NCBI GenBank assembly: GCA_003971905.1 | Contig: RSEE01000004.1 | Coordinates: 992,001 to 1,056,000, forward strand | Length of the DNA stretch: 64,000 nucleotides | Source: Moniliella sp. 'wahieum' | Taxonomy: Eukaryota | Direction of reading: 5' to 3' | Notes under the pieces: model-generated | The model's database searches: none | Seen by the model: only the letters and a program-made list of their open reading frames with translations | Told to the model about the DNA's origin: nothing | Part shown: one piece after another, positions 38,384 to 51,858 of the stretch | Numbering within the stretch: position 1 is the stretch's first letter | Layout of the letters: every line of letters begins with the position of its first letter | Made by a program: the position numbers and the translations under genes

Positions 38384-39100
38384 GTTCATCGTGGTGGCAG
38401 CAGGGGTCGCAGTCCCTGAATTAGTCGTCCGCAGACGGCGGGCATACCGGCCCAGACCGTCCTGTCTACCCGGGCGCACACGCACCGACTTGGAGCGGTT
38501 TCGTTCCCTGCAATTCTCCATCTTGCGACGGTACTGCGATTTCCGTTGGCTCCACGCCGTCTTCATCCACAACCGCCAATTGTCCATCTCGCGTCCGTCC
38601 TGGAGAAGGTCATGGTGGGCCGTTTCAACCCGATGCTGGTCGAGTGCGAGCGGATGGGGCTTGGAACTGTGCATTAACAAGACTGCCAATCACCCCGAGC
38701 ACCCTCTTCAAGCCAGTTCAAATTCCGAGCAAGCACCGCCGGCACCGGGTAAGGCCGAGCAGGACATGGCCGAGCAGTTTGCTGCCCTCCTGTCAGCTTG
38801 TTATCAAGGGCGACCTGCGCCTGCCTCGCAGGTGTGGGGGAAGCGAAAGCTCTGGCAGCGCAATGCGGGGAGGAGCAAACCGAAGTGGACGTCCATGACC
38901 TGGACTCAATCGTGTACGAGTCCAATAGGACGGTGGGGCAGTGTCTGCAAGGTGTGCCAACGCGCCAGGATGCGTGGATTGCTCGGTGCGGGCTGCCGAT
39001 GACCTGAACAAAGCGCTGGCCAAACACGATCGGATACGGGACCAAGGACACATAGGGTCCATAAGGACTTGGTCGAGCGCGAGACTGAGATTATGCAGGG
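38384..39100 (+). pseudogene. Degenerate, internally deleted Vps5/SNX1-like sorting nexin (PX plus partial BAR)
   Basis: RTDLERFRSLQFSILRRYCDFRWLHAVFIHN, then in another frame PVLEKVMVGRFNPMLVECERMGLELCINKTANHP (PX motifs RRYSDF..WL, PPxPEK, FxExRR decayed); later fragments weakly resemble the BAR region. Confidence 0.6.
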
Positions 39101-39803
39101 CCGCCATACCCGTTTTGATGTCATATCTCCAGCCTTTGCCAGCGGGTGGTGTGGCCAACTTTGACCAGAACACACCAAGGATATCCACTCTGCTTGGGCC
39201 TTTGGATTCTGGAACAGGGAATGGTCCACAAGTGGAAAGGGTATATGCTGCGCTTGTCGCTCGACAGATCAAGTACCTTCACAAGCTCTGCCCCAGCGCG
39301 CGGATATTTTTGCCACTGCGACTATCCCTGTGGCTATGCTCCACCTCCATCCAGTGGGCGGCCGCTGTCGCTCCTAGTACCAAGGTAACGAGAGATGCGC
39401 TTTTGTCTGTTGCGACAGACCGCGTCGAACCACCCATATTATGTCCTCCATCTGTGCTGATGAAGCTGATGGTGCATGGTGACAGGCACGGCGATGTACC
39501 AATCGCTAGTGATGGATGGACTCTGGCTCACTGAGTAGATGCAATGCATTAAAGTATGAGTGTTAATTAGTAGTAGCCCTCAATGGAACAAGGATCTATG
39601 AATAGCGCATCGAGAGATGTATGGACACCATCATTTCCCTGAGCGCACCACACCCAAGCGAAACTATCGAAACCGGTAAGAGAACAAGAGGCAAAAGAGA
39701 CACGACCAAGAGACCGGGAGCAAATGGCCGGAGACGGGGGCGGATTCAAGCATCGGGTGCCCCCTCGACCTCGACATGACTCCCGCATCGGCACTCACTG
39801 CTT

Positions 39804-42800
39804 TTAATTAGCATGGTACATGACCAGGGCGAGAAGGGCCGAGCGGATCCAAACGCCGTTCTTGACCTGGCGCCAGTAGGCCGCGTGCTCCGACAAGTCC
39901 ACCTCCTCTGCCAACTCGTTAACACGGGGCAGCGGGTGCAGGACAATCATGCTGGGCTTGGCACGGGTCAGGACATCATTGTTGACCACGTAGGCATCCT
40001 TGACAGCCTCGTACTCGGCCGGGTTGGTGAAGCGCTCCTTCTGCACCCGTGTGACATACAGCACATCCGTGGTCGGCAGTACCTCCTGCAGATCCGTCGT
40101 CTCGTATTGCGCTACCCCACGCCGTGCTGCCTCTGCCTTCACCTCCCGCGGCATAGACAGCGCCGCAGGCGAAACGTAGTTGAGAGTCACACCGTACAGC
40201 GCCAGGAGGCGCACCAGGCTGTGTGTCGTCCGTCCATTCTTGAGGTCGCCCAGCAATGTGACCGTCAACCCGCTAACAGTACCGAGCTCTTCGCGAATGG
40301 TAAAGACGTCCAGCAGCGCCTGAGTTGGGTGCTCTCCAACACCATCGCCGGCGTTGATGATGGGCACCTGCGAGGCTCGCGCCGCCTTCTGGGCCGAGCC
40401 CACCGCAGGGTGGCGCATGACGATAGCGTCAGTGTAGGAACCGAGCGTGCGCACCGTGTCCTCCAGCGTTTCGCCTTTGGCCACGGATGAGGTTTGACTC
40501 TTGACCGGGAGCACTTGGCCACCTAGACGGTACATGGCTGCCTCGAACGAGGACGAGGTGCGGGTCGATTCTTCGTAGAAGAGCGTGCACAGCACACGGT
40601 TGCGCAGAATGTTGAGCATCCCGTTCCGCTCCACACCCATCCGAATCTCCTGGGCCACCGAGAACAAGCTGTGGAGATCGTCGCGGGTAAACTGCTTCAC
40701 CGAGAGAACATGGCGGCGGTTGAACGATGGATGCGCCAGCTGCAACGCCGAAGCCGGGCTCAACTCGCGGGCGGGCTTTGGCGCAATCGGCTGCACCAGC
40801 TCGCTCGCCGTATCCAACACTGGGGGCAGTGACACCTCGCTCTCAGCAATAGACACCCGACGAACGTGACGCGTAACATTGGATGCACCAAACGAGGCCG
40901 ACACGTTCTGGCCCACAGGGCCATGCGACACACTCTCACCATCAACAAAGACGGTCTTGCCCTTGTTCACCACACGAGAAACGGCACCAATGGTGGCGCG
41001 CGTTGCTAGTGGCGACCAAACCTTGCCCGCTGGAAGCGGAGCAGCACGGTCAACATCCACCTGTACTTCCGCATCCAGCGGGGCGTTGAATCCAAAGATG
41101 TCGCGCGGGGCCTTGAAGAGCTTGTCGTAAATGTCTTCCAGACGCAGACGTTTCTGGTTGACTGCGTCGAGGAGAAGATGCATACTCTCCACGACACCCG
41201 ACGCGGCCGAGACGGAGTGGCCAAGCTGGACACCCATAAAGTAGGGCAAGCTACCCACGGAGAGCACGTCAATGTTTGCCAGGTTCTCCCACAGTGCGAC
41301 CTGATCCGCCTCCGTCGGCAACACGGTCGCCTTGGGGTAGGCGTCACGGTTGAAGAACAAAGCATAGATAGGGACGTCCACTGTCACCTTGAGCCCCTTG
41401 TTCTTGGCGAGTGTGATGAGGTTCAGGTGGGCCGGATCAGTCAAGCCGGTAACGTGGATGGCACGTTGCTGCAAGCTGGCCAAGAGAAGGATCGAGGCCA
41501 GGTCGTTACCCTTGGCGCTCGTCACCAGAAGACGGTTCGTAGGCCACTCGGAAACATTGGCTGCCACTGTAGCCAATGGGACGGCCTCTCCGTTCGGATA
41601 AGAAGTCACAACGCACAGAGTGCGGGTACGCTCCGACAGTGCCGCCACTTCGTCTGGTTGGGCCGTGGCGGGCACGGCAAGCGCCAGCGACACATCGCAA
41701 TAGGCCGCTCCGGCCAACTTGCCCTCAATGATCGATAGAGTGTGCTCGTCTTGGATCGAGGTGGTGGTACCCAAGGCGAAAGGTGAACCGTGGTAAACCC
41801 GGCAGAGAGCGAGGCCTTGGTCAACTCAGCCAGCTCACGAGCGCCCACCTTGGGATCGGCAACGTCGGGTAGGAAGGCTCCAACATTGAACAAACCAGGG
41901 AACGTGTGGGTTTGGTGCGACGTTTTGAAGTCGATGCTCGAGATGGGGAAGTCCGAGCCAGCACGGCGGTAACGCGCCAGAGCTTCAATGTAGAGTTTGG
42001 CGTTCTTGACGTTGGTGATAAGCGGAATAGACCGGTCAATTGCCAGGCGACGGGCTTTGTACCCAATCGAAGTGAACGTAGGAGGACGACGGTACTTGTT
42101 CTTACTTGGGAGCGAGATGAAGAGAGAAGAGACACCTTGCGACAAGTGTGAAAGCAGCGAGTAGTTCGACATTTTGTTGTCGTCTCCCTTCCAGTCCTTA
42201 TCCTCGGGCAAGGCCTCGAGCTGGATGATGGGGATACCTTGCTCAGAGTAGAAGTCGGCTGTACCACTTGAGCCGTAGAGAGTGTAGCCCAACTGGTGCA
42301 GCGTCCGTACGGACTGGACCAGCTCCTGCTTCTCGCTGAAAGATCCCACCGATAAGAGGACATTCTTTGTCGGTAATTTGAGGCCCGATGCGATCATGCC
42401 CTTCAGGTACGCCTCGTACTTGTCGTGACCGAAACAAGCAACCTCACCCGTTGAGGCCATCTCCACACCCAAGATCGGGTCGGCACCAGCCAAACGGCTG
42501 AACGAAAACTGCGGGACCTTGACACCCACGTACTCTTTAGGTAGCGTGATCTTGGGATACGGCTCAATGGGCAAGCCCAACATCACTTCCGTGGCCATCT
42601 CGATCGCGTCGACACCCGTGACCTTGGAGACGAAGGGGAAGGAGCGGGCAGCACGGACATTGCACTCGATCACCTTAATCTCGTTGTTCTTGGCAATGAA
42701 CTGGATGTTAAAGGGTCCTGTGACATGGAGCGATTCCGCAATCTTAGCCGTCGCCGCAGTGATGCGCCGCACCGTCTCAGGATCAAGATCCTGAGGAGGG

Positions 42801-45800
42801 AGGATAAGAGTAGCGTCACCCGAGTGCACACCAGCATTTTCGACGTGCTCCGAGATGTAGTGCATGACCAGCTTGCCATCGCGAGCGACGGCATCCATCT
42901 CAATCTCCTTGGCACCCTCAAGGTACTTGGAAATGACGACCGGATGTTCTCGGTTAACGGCGGCGGCTTGGGAGAGGTAAGAGCTAAGGTCATCCGAAGA
43001 GTAAACCACGTTCATCGCTGCCCCAGACAGGACATATGACGGGCGGACCAAAACGGGATAGCCGAAGCGCTCGCATGCAGAGTAGGCGTCATCGTACGAC
43101 GTGAGTTCCTTCCACATCGGCTGGTCCACACCAAGTTTGTCGAGCATACGCGAGAACTTGTACCGGTTCTCAGCCATGTCAATGTTCTCAGGCGAAGTAG
43201 TACCGAGCACCTTGACGTCTTGACGATGCAGGGGGAGCGCAATGTTGTTGGGAACCTGTCCGCCCATGGAGATAATCACGCCGCTCGACTGCTCAAGATC
43301 ATAGATGTCCAAGACCGTCTCGAGACTGATCTCGTCGAAATACAAGCGGTCCGCCTCGTCATAGTCTGTTGACACCGTCTCAGGATTGTAGTTGATCATG
43401 ACAGTCTTGTACCCACGGGCGCGTAGCGTGCGAACAGCACGCACAGCGCACCAGTCAAACTCAACACTGGAACCAATCCGGTACACAGAGCCAAGCACAA
43501 TGATCCCTTTGTCGTTGAAGTCCACATCGTGCTCGGTGGCATGGTAGGTGGTGTAGAGGTAATTGGTATATGCCGGAAATTCGGCAGCGACCGTGTCGAT
43601 CTGTTTAACGAAGGGCATGATCCCCGTCTCCTTACGAACGCGGCGGACTGCAAGCTCGGTGCTGCCCATGCACTTAGCAAGCAGCTTGTCAGAAAAGCCG
43701 AGCTGCTTACCCGCCCGCAGCTGGTCAGGGCTGAGCTGCGACAGTGTCTGCTTTGTGAACCATTGAGCAGCCTTAGTAATGCGCTCAAGCTTGTGAAGGA
43801 ACCAACGGTCAATCGAGTGGCATCGTGAATCTTGTCAACCGAGTAGCCCTTGCCAAAAGCGTTGGCAATCGCAAAGATGCGACGGTCCGTGGGAACAGTA
43901 AGCTCTCGATCAATCTCATCGTCCTTGACCAAGTCGTTCTAAAAGAGAATGATAGGCGGGGGAAGTCAGTAATCAGGCCCAAAATAGATAGGATGAAAGG
44001 CAGCGCAAGCTTGAGGGATACGTACCGTGGCAAAGCCAGGGAAGGAGGGGTCGATTGAACGAATTGCACGTTGAATCGCTTCTTCAAAGGTGCGACCGAT
44101 TGACATGACCTCACCAACCGACTTCATCGACGAGCCCAGTGTGGACGAGACGCGAACAAACTTGCGCAGATCCCAGCGAGGGAACTTGCAGACCACATAG
44201 TCAAGTGACGGCTCAAAGCACGCCGAGGTTTTTTGGGTTACTGAATTGCGGATCTCGTTGAGGGGGATATTGAGACCCAACTTGGCAGCGATAAAGGCGA
44301 GCGGGTAGCCGGTGGCCTTGGACGCCAGTGCGGACGAACGTGACAGACGGGCGTTGACCTCAATAATGCAGTACTCCTTGCTGTGAGGGTTGAGTGCATA
44401 CTGGATGTTGCACTCACCTACCACACCCAAGTGGCGAATAACGTTGACAGCAGTGGTACGAAGCATGTTGTAATCCTCATCAGACAACGTTTGGCTCGGC
44501 GCGACAACGATTGAGTCGCCGGTGTGAATTCCAAGTGGGTCAAAGTTCTCCATGTTGCAGACGGTGATGCAGTTGTCCTGAGCGTCACGAACAACTTCGT
44601 ACTCAACCTCCTTCCACCCGCGCATCGACTTCTCCACCAGTACTTGCGGCGAGTTGGCAAACGCAGCCGTGCAGAGCTTCTGCAGCTCATCCACATTAGA
44701 GGCAAACCCACTACCCAACCCACCAAGGGCAAACGCCGCACGAACAATCACTGGGAAGCCAATCTGCTTGGAAGCCGCCAGAGCCTCCTCCCAAGTCGTG
44801 GCCGAGGCCGAGGGAGCAACCTTCTCGTTAATTTGGGCCAGAGCCTTAGCGAATAGGTCACGATCTTCTGTCGTGATGATCGTGTCAATTGGAGTTCCAA
44901 GAATCGTGACCCCCAAGGCAGTGAGTTCATCCTTAATGGCAATACCCACGTTGAGGGCCGTCTGTCCACCAAATGTGACCGCAATACCGTCAGGCCGCTC
45001 GTGCTTGATGACCTTCAAGACAAATTCGGGTGTGACTGGAACGAAATAAACCTTGTCGGCCAAACCGGCACTCGTTTGGATCGTAGCAATGTTGGGGTTG
45101 ATAAGGACAGTGTAGATACCCTCCTCCTTGAAAGCCTTGATCGCCTGACTGCCCGAGTAGTCAAACTCTCCAGCCTGACCAATCGACAGACCGCCAGATC
45201 CAAGCACAAGAACCTTGCGCACATTGACACGAGGGTGCGCCGCTTGGTTGTCCGCTTTCTTGCCTCCGACAAAGGGAACGGGGGGAAGGGTCGGGGCAGG
45301 CGTCTTGGAAGCCGCCTTGACCGCGGCACAGTCAACCACGGAGCGGATGAACACATCAAACAGGAACTCCGTGTCGCGCGGGCCAGGAGCAGACTCTGGG
45401 TGGAACTGGACCGAAAAGAAAGGGCCTGCGATGAGTAGATACCCTCGTTGGAGCCATCATTGGCATTTTGGAAGAGCTCATGCCAGCCGTGAGGAAGAGA
45501 GTCGACGTTAACGGCGTACCCGTGGTTTTGGGAGGTAATGTAACAGCGCCCGCTCAGAACATCAGTGCAGGGGATGTTGGCACCACGGTTACCAAATTTC
45601 ATCTTTTCCGTTTTTGCACCTGCAGCGAGCGAAAGAAGTTGATGGCCGAGACAAATACCGAAGATGGGCACCACATCCTCGCCTTTGCGGGCAAGGAGTT
45701 TTTCAACGGTCTTAATAGTCGCACCACACATGGTGGGGTCACCGGGACCGTTCGAAATAAACACACCATCAAAGGGCTCAGACTCCTGTGTCGTTACATC

Positions 45801-46836
45801 ATAGTCCCACGGCACCACCTTGAGCTCAACCCCACGAGAGGTGAAGCAGCGGATCTGGTTGCGCTTCATACCCACGTCAATGGCAATAATCCGAAGAGGA
45901 CGGCCGGAGGGGTGCAAAAGTTGACTGGTAGCCGTACCCTTGGCATCGTTGGTGGCCGTCGTAGCCAGGGTAAAAACTGAGGCTTGGTGAGGGAGACCTT
46001 GGCGACCAAGTTGGTGGCGTTGTTGTCGGCGTAGGGAATTTGCTCAAACTCGACGCGCCAAAGAGCATCAGCGTCACCAGCGAGGCCGGTCACAGGCTTG
46101 ACAGCAGGCGTTAGCGCAGGCGAGTCGGCAGCAATGGCTGCCTTGAGGGAACGCAGCGGATCTTTGGGAGAGGACGAAAAGTTCTGCCGAGCCAGCAGTT
46201 TGCCCAGCATCGATCCACGGTCACGGATCTTTTGTGTAATAGCACGGGTGTCGATACCATAAATAGCAGGCACACCATTCTCGGTGAGCCACTGGCCGAG
46301 GCTCGACTGGGCCAAAAAGTGGGAGAAGTCCTCGCTGTAGTAGGCCACGACAAGACCAGCAACGTGAATGCGGGATGACTCGAAGGGCAAGGCGAGCAGT
46401 TTTGCGTCGCGGCATCTACTTCCTTGCGCGAAGGGACACCGTAGTTCCCCACGAGGGGGAATGTGAGCACAAGAATCTGGCCCTCGTACGAAGGATCGGT
46501 GAGGGACTCGACGTAACCAACCATGCCTGGCCAAATAATAGCAATTAGTACGGGCAGCAAGCAAAGCCAGAGATCGAAAGCGGAAATGATGCACATACCT
46601 GTTTGGAAGACGCACTCGCCGCTGACGCTCTTGGAAGCACCAAAGCTGAAGCCTCGGAAAGCAGTGCCGTCGGCAAGCTCCAAGACCATGTCCCCAGCAT
46701 CGGCCGCATGGGGAGCGTAAGGAGCCGGACGGGTGGCAGGCGGAGCAGGACCGGCAGTGGGCGTCGCCATGGCGGGCGCCGCTGTAGTTGCCGGTGCCGG
46801 CGCGGGAGCAACGGCAGGAAGAGTGGAGGGGCTCAT
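39804..46836 (-). CDS. URA2: Multifunctional pyrimidine biosynthesis protein (GATase-CPSase-pseudo-DHOase-ATCase); introns 46527-46598 and 43939-44025; indel frameshifts
   Basis: [128 protein letters not shown]. The DHOase-like segment ([11 protein letters not shown]) lacks the HxH metal ligands, as expected for fungal Ura2. Confidence 0.97.
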
Positions 46837-47550
46837 GGCGAATAGAGAGGGTAACCGGAGCGGTGGGGATGGAGGGCTTGTGAGGGGGCAACCTTCCTGG
46901 CAGGCCAAGTGTCCTACCAGGAGAGAGAGGAAAGAAGGCACGTCTCGCAACTCGCTGGCTGTCCATTTGTTACACGGAAAAAAACTCGTCCGTCGGATGA
47001 GCAGAGCGGAATTGGGGAAAGCGGAGGCATGGCGCCAGTGTTCTCTTGTCCCGCCGGTCTCGCCTTGCTGCTGTGTGACGTGTGATGCATGTGATACCAC
47101 ATGTGACTGTCACATGTCAACCCGCCCAATGCCCCTGCGCAGGGGCAGTGTCACCAGCCGAGGTGTGCTCAGCACAGCGCCAGCGTGTTGCCGCCTTTCC
47201 AACTTTAATGACAGTGGCCACGAGAAGAGGAGGATCCTTTTATACACGCTGTGGGGTAGCAGAAACATTAGGACACGAAAGCCACTAAAGGTCCTACCTT
47301 CCTACTTGCATTGCCCCGCCCCACTCGCTCCCTTTCGTCGACCACTCGCGCCCAGCCCACTCGCTTCCCATAAACGCTAACGCAGCAAAAAGTTAAATCA
47401 GCATCATTTCCGCCTCCTCATAAGCGTTTGGCAGCCGGGCTAGTATGTCCCGCCTGCTACCGCATGGACCCACAAAAGAATGTGTAGCCATATCATTACC
47501 AAAGCGATATGTGCACTGATGAGCCCCTCTATACGAGCGGCCTGCGACGT

Positions 47551-48114
47551 TCACCACAGCTTCCTCCTCTCAAGACGCTCGGCGTGCTTGATCCGCTGCG
47601 CAATCGACCACCGCTTGCGCCGTTCGTCACTGGCCATGATCGCGTGTTCACGCGTACGCGGGGTGGCCGGAGCAACCATGCGAATCCACAGCGGCTTGAC
47701 ACTATACATACGTGCAAGGGCGTAAATGTTGTACTTGACCGGTCCGACGTGCGCAAGCGCTGGATCGCGATGATGTCCGCAGCCGTCAACGGGGTCTGAC
47801 GTGGGTTCACCTCCGGTTTGCAACGGCTGGGTCTCGCGGCGCGTAGGAGGCGGCAGCGGCGCATCGCCCACCGAGTCGTCCGTGCCCGTCCTGGCATCTT
47901 TGCCATCCAGGATCGGAGACAAGACCATCGTCGTGCTCTCCGGCGGCTCCACCGACGGAGGCGGGCGCACCACAAACGTTTCACCCGTCGGCAACCGGCT
48001 CCAGCCCGCTTTCTTGTCCTCTTCCAGAGGGTCGCGGCTACGCCGAACGGGGGTCACATGCGAATGGCGCCCTGCCACGTGCGAGGTAGAGAAGGAACGA
48101 CGCTGCCCCCCCAT
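47551..48114 (-). CDS. Mitochondrial large-subunit ribosomal protein mL58 (yeast Mrpl20 family), apparently the C-terminal part of the SQR ORF
   Basis: QRRSFSTSH presequence-like start; LPTGETFVVRPPPS; LTAADIIAIQRLRTSD-PVKYNIYALARMYSVKPLWIRMVAP (two compensating indels); basic W...RR..RRKLW* end. These match recalled features of the MRP-L20 family. Confidence 0.72.
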   Translation of the reverse strand: MGGQRRSFSTSHVAGRHSHVTPVRRSRDPLEEDKKAGWSRLPTGETFVVRPPPSVEPPESTTMVLSPILDGKDARTGTDDSVGDAPLPPPTRRETQPLQTGGEPTSDPVDGCGHHRDPALAHVGPVKYNIYALARMYSVKPLWIRMVAPATPRTREHAIMASDERRKRWSIAQRIKHAERLERRKLW

Positions 48115-49686
48115 CGGAAGGGAGCCGTCAAGGTGGCGCGAGCTGCAGTGTGCATCCCACGAGCCCCCGTCGGCGGGGCAAGCGTCTTGGGATTGAGCCA
48201 TCCCTTGGCCCCGGCCCAGTTGCCCTTGACCATCGAGCTATAGTAGACGCGAGGGAAAAACTCTTTCTCAGGTACCAAACGCGCGCATGGGCTCGCCTTG
48301 GTCAATGCCAACTTGGCGAACGACTCCTTGGGTTGCCCGCCGTATTTAAACTCAGCCAAAAGCACCTTTCCGTACTCGGTGATGAGCGGGCAAGAGGTAT
48401 AGCCGTCGTACGCAGCAGGGATCCGTTGCACCGGATTTTCCATGGCGAAGAGCATGTTGGCTACCGTGACAGGCGCTTGGGAGGTAATCGCAGCCGTCGT
48501 CTTGGATGTGGGGAGAGACGAGGAGTCACCGAGCGACCAAATGTTCTTGTACTTGGTGTGCTGCGTCGTGGCCGGATCGACATCAACAAACCCGCCTTGT
48601 TCAGCTGCCAGAGGGGAGTTCTTGATAAAGTCAAGTGGGCCCATGGGAGGCGATACATGCAACAGATCGTAGGAACGTTCCAACGAACCACCTTCGGGGG
48701 TGGTAAAGGTAGCCACCTTCTTTCCCGCATCGATCTGACAAGGTTAGTGTTGAATAAACCCTCAACATGGCATTCTTTGCGCAGCTCCTCCAACACCGCA
48801 CTGTACTTGGGGACACCGAACATGGTTGGCAACCCATCGAGGAAAGAGACCTTGACTCCCTTGGTGGGATCCGACGGGGAGAATTGGCCCCCGTTTCCAG
48901 TGGTCCAAAGCCATCCACATGATTTTTGAGTGCTCCTGCGCACTTGATTACAGCAGCAGGTTGAGTAAAATTGCCTGGCCTTTGGTGAGCGCCTCAATCG
49001 CTGGGAATACGTGAGGAACCGTGTTGTAGCCATAGATGCTAACCACACCGCTCTCCTTGGGTTGAGCCAAAGCTTCGGGAAGGCCTTCAATGGCATCCCA
49101 GTTGGTCTTGATGCCTGGGGCAACAACGAGCTGCTCGTATGAGATAGTCCGACCATCACGTGTCTTGATCTCGTTGGATTCGGGAGAAAAGGTGGAGACC
49201 GAGTCCCGCAAGTAATCGACACCCGCTGTCTTGCCAGCCACAGCTGACGTGACGGTGAGCTCCTTCATACTCCGTCGACCCTCCTCGCGAGTGCGCACAC
49301 CACCGCCGACGAGAGTCCAGCCTGGCTGGTAGTCATGGAACTCGGCCGGGTCAACGACAAGAATGTCGGCAGCCCCCTCCGTGGGGAAGTACCCAGACTT
49401 GGCTACCTCCTTGGCAACGGCCTGGCCGGCAGTGCCGCCGCCCACAACAACAAGACGGTAAGCATGCTTGCGTGCACCGCTCGCGATGCTGGCAGCGGAA
49501 AAGGCATCGTCGGCGACGGTGGTAAGCGTGCGGTGTAGGAGGTGTCCAGGGGCGCAAAAAGTGGTGCGCGCGGGGAGAAGCAAGCGCAGAGGCAGAGTGG
49601 AGTGTGCTCAGGCGCCGGGAGAGAACAAGCGGAGAGCGTCGCGCCGAGCGCACTGCGAGCTGCAGCGGAACGAGCGAACCAGCCAT
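48054..49686 (-). CDS. Mitochondrial sulfide:quinone oxidoreductase (SQOR/Hmt2-like); indel frameshifts
   Basis: Arg-rich presequence; VVVGGGTAG, HDYQPGWTLVGGG, YEQLVVAPGI, IKCAGA motif, MFGVPKYS, YDLLHVSPPMGP, NIWSLGDSSSLPTSKT, YDGYTSCPL, LAEFKYGG. Confidence 0.93.
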
Positions 49687-50330
49687 GAATACTGCTGGCG
49701 TGGTCGGCGTCGTCGTCGTTGCCGCCTAGGCTAGGGCAGAGGCCAAATTAGCTCAAGTATAGAAACGCTAGGCCCGCTTTAGCGTTTTCGCCTACGCCTC
49801 CCAGAAGAATTGCATTGATGTTCCGCTATTCCGCCGTCCAGACCTCGGCGTTTTTTAATGACAGCTCAGCTACTGAGTCCTGAGCCATTGTAATATTCCA
49901 GGGCTTTACCTCGTTCGTTTTACGACGATACCTAGCCCACTCCCACCCGCTCATCCTCTTTCCCACTTCGCTGCGCAGCACTGAGTTTCTGATGCCGCCA
50001 CTGGAACCAAACGAAGAACAGTTACAGCTTTTGGTTCAAGGTTACTCTTCCGTGTCCCAGCGCAATCGCGCAACCAGACCCCTGTTGTTGAAGCGTGTAC
50101 AATATGGGAATGTGGCGCCTCTCACATGCCATGATTGGACTGACGGATAATGGAAATGAGTCCCAGCTCTGAACTCCAGTTCAAGAAAGGGAGGGTCTGT
50201 GGTGATGGAATAAAAATCGAGCGGCTGCGACTGCGGTGCCAAAGAGGAAAGCTTGCACTTGATGCACTATGGGAGGTACGGGAAATGTGAGGTGCAGTAT
50301 GGATAAGGGCCAGAATGCCGAAGCATAGCT

Positions 50331-51363
50331 TTACTTTTCTTGGTAGCCTTGAGCCGGATGGTCTCGTTGTTGACAAGACACCTTTCCCCTAGAAACATCG
50401 TGTCAGTATGCATGGGCACGTCGGAAGGAATACAAAGAATCGGACGTACCTTGTAAGGCTCAGGCGGACGCCACCGCCTGATGGTTGCAGCGAACTCGCC
50501 GAGCAAGTCCTTCGTTGTACTCTTGAGGATGATACGGGTCTGAGAAGGCATAGACGCGACAATGCCCTTGGGGACCGGGATCAACACAGGGTGAGAGAAA
50601 CCAAGACGAAGGTTGAGACGGGTACCGTTACGCTGACGATTGCTCATGATTGCCTTGCGGTTGTGGTAAGGAAGAATGTGAAGCACGTTGGTATTTTTTC
50701 CGCGCGAGAGCCGCAATGCTGGAGGGGATACCTTCGCTCTCCAACTTGTAGTTGGCCAGACGTTCTTGGTACTTCTCCGCAGCGAACGGGTCCGGCTCGA
50801 TCATGGCTCTGTATCCGACACCAACCAGGTTGATCACAGCAGAGTGCGACTCGGTCACACCAGTGATGGCGTTCTGGAGCAGCTGACGAGTCAGACCCAC
50901 AGGGCATGGTTCTTGCGCTTCTCCACCTCGGCGACTCGGGTGGTCACCACACCGCTCTGGTTCTCCTCATCCTTTGACTTGGCGGCAATCGGAGGCGTAA
51001 TGCTAAGACCCACACACTCGTACAACGGCACCACACACTCGCCCACCGGCCCGAGACCACAATGCTGCGAGCACTGCGCATGTCGGGTGCAGACTGAGAG
51101 TCGGGTAGATCCCTGCGGGACACAGCGGCCACCTCGTATGCCTTGAGTGCCAGCGCAACAGGAGGAACGGACTTGGGCCACGACGCCATTCCTCAAGGAT
51201 GCCCCCCGGAGGCAAGAGCGGTGGGGGAGGTCGACAATCTTGAACGTGACGCCGACGGGAACGTGGATGGGAAGGCGGCCAATGTGGCTGTGGCGCACCG
51301 GACCCAGGCGTGCAGAGGGTGCAGCCAGAGTACGGCCTAATGGGGTGATGGCACGCCAAGCAT
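50331..51363 (-). CDS. MRPL6: Mitochondrial ribosomal protein uL6m; intron 50389-50449; indel frameshifts; start approximate
   Basis: SHIGRLPI, GPVG, WGLTRQLLQNAITGV, NLVGVGYRA, LRLGFSHPV, LLGEFAATIRRWRPPEPYK|GKGV. Confidence 0.92.
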
Positions 51364-51858
51364 GCTCCCCAGCCCAGTGCGAGGGGCGTGCATAGCAGCT
51401 CGATGGGGCGGGCGCAACGTCGGAGTGAACGAAGACGCGGTGGGCGCTTCTGCCACGCAGGAGAAGCCCCACCCGTTTTCTTCCACACCGGAATGAGTGC
51501 CTCCATTCCGCCGGGCCACCAGCAAGGAAGCGTGGAATCGGCATGCAGCTGACGTAATGCGTGTCCGACTGGTCCGGAGCGAAGCGGGGAGGCGGCGTCG
51601 CTGGGGATGGGGGCAGCACCAGCGCAGTGTCGCCAGGTGCTCGATGGGGGACTGTCACTGAACGATCATCGATCGCGGTCACGGGTCTCTGCCGACGATC
51701 ATTGCCTCTTGTCGGGCACGGGCCATCCACCCCATGATGGCATCGGTTCGATGATAATGCCTGGCTGGCACGCATGGCTCCTGGCCCGCATTGTTGGCCC
51801 ACTGCTCGCCCTCGCTGCGCGCCCACCGCCTCTGCCTCTCTCCTCTGCCTCCACCACC

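Noticed and set aside
41000..41910. Degenerate dihydroorotase domain in URA2 as a novel loss
   Set aside because: An inactive DHOase-like linker is the normal state of fungal Ura2.
39804..46836. Programmed frameshifting or pseudogenisation of URA2 and other genes
   Set aside because: Indels are scattered through all genes and favour homopolymers; sequencing error is the simpler explanation.
47445..47799. Plus-strand ORF(s) between URA2 and SQR
   Set aside because: Antisense shadow of the mL58-like coding region on the minus strand.
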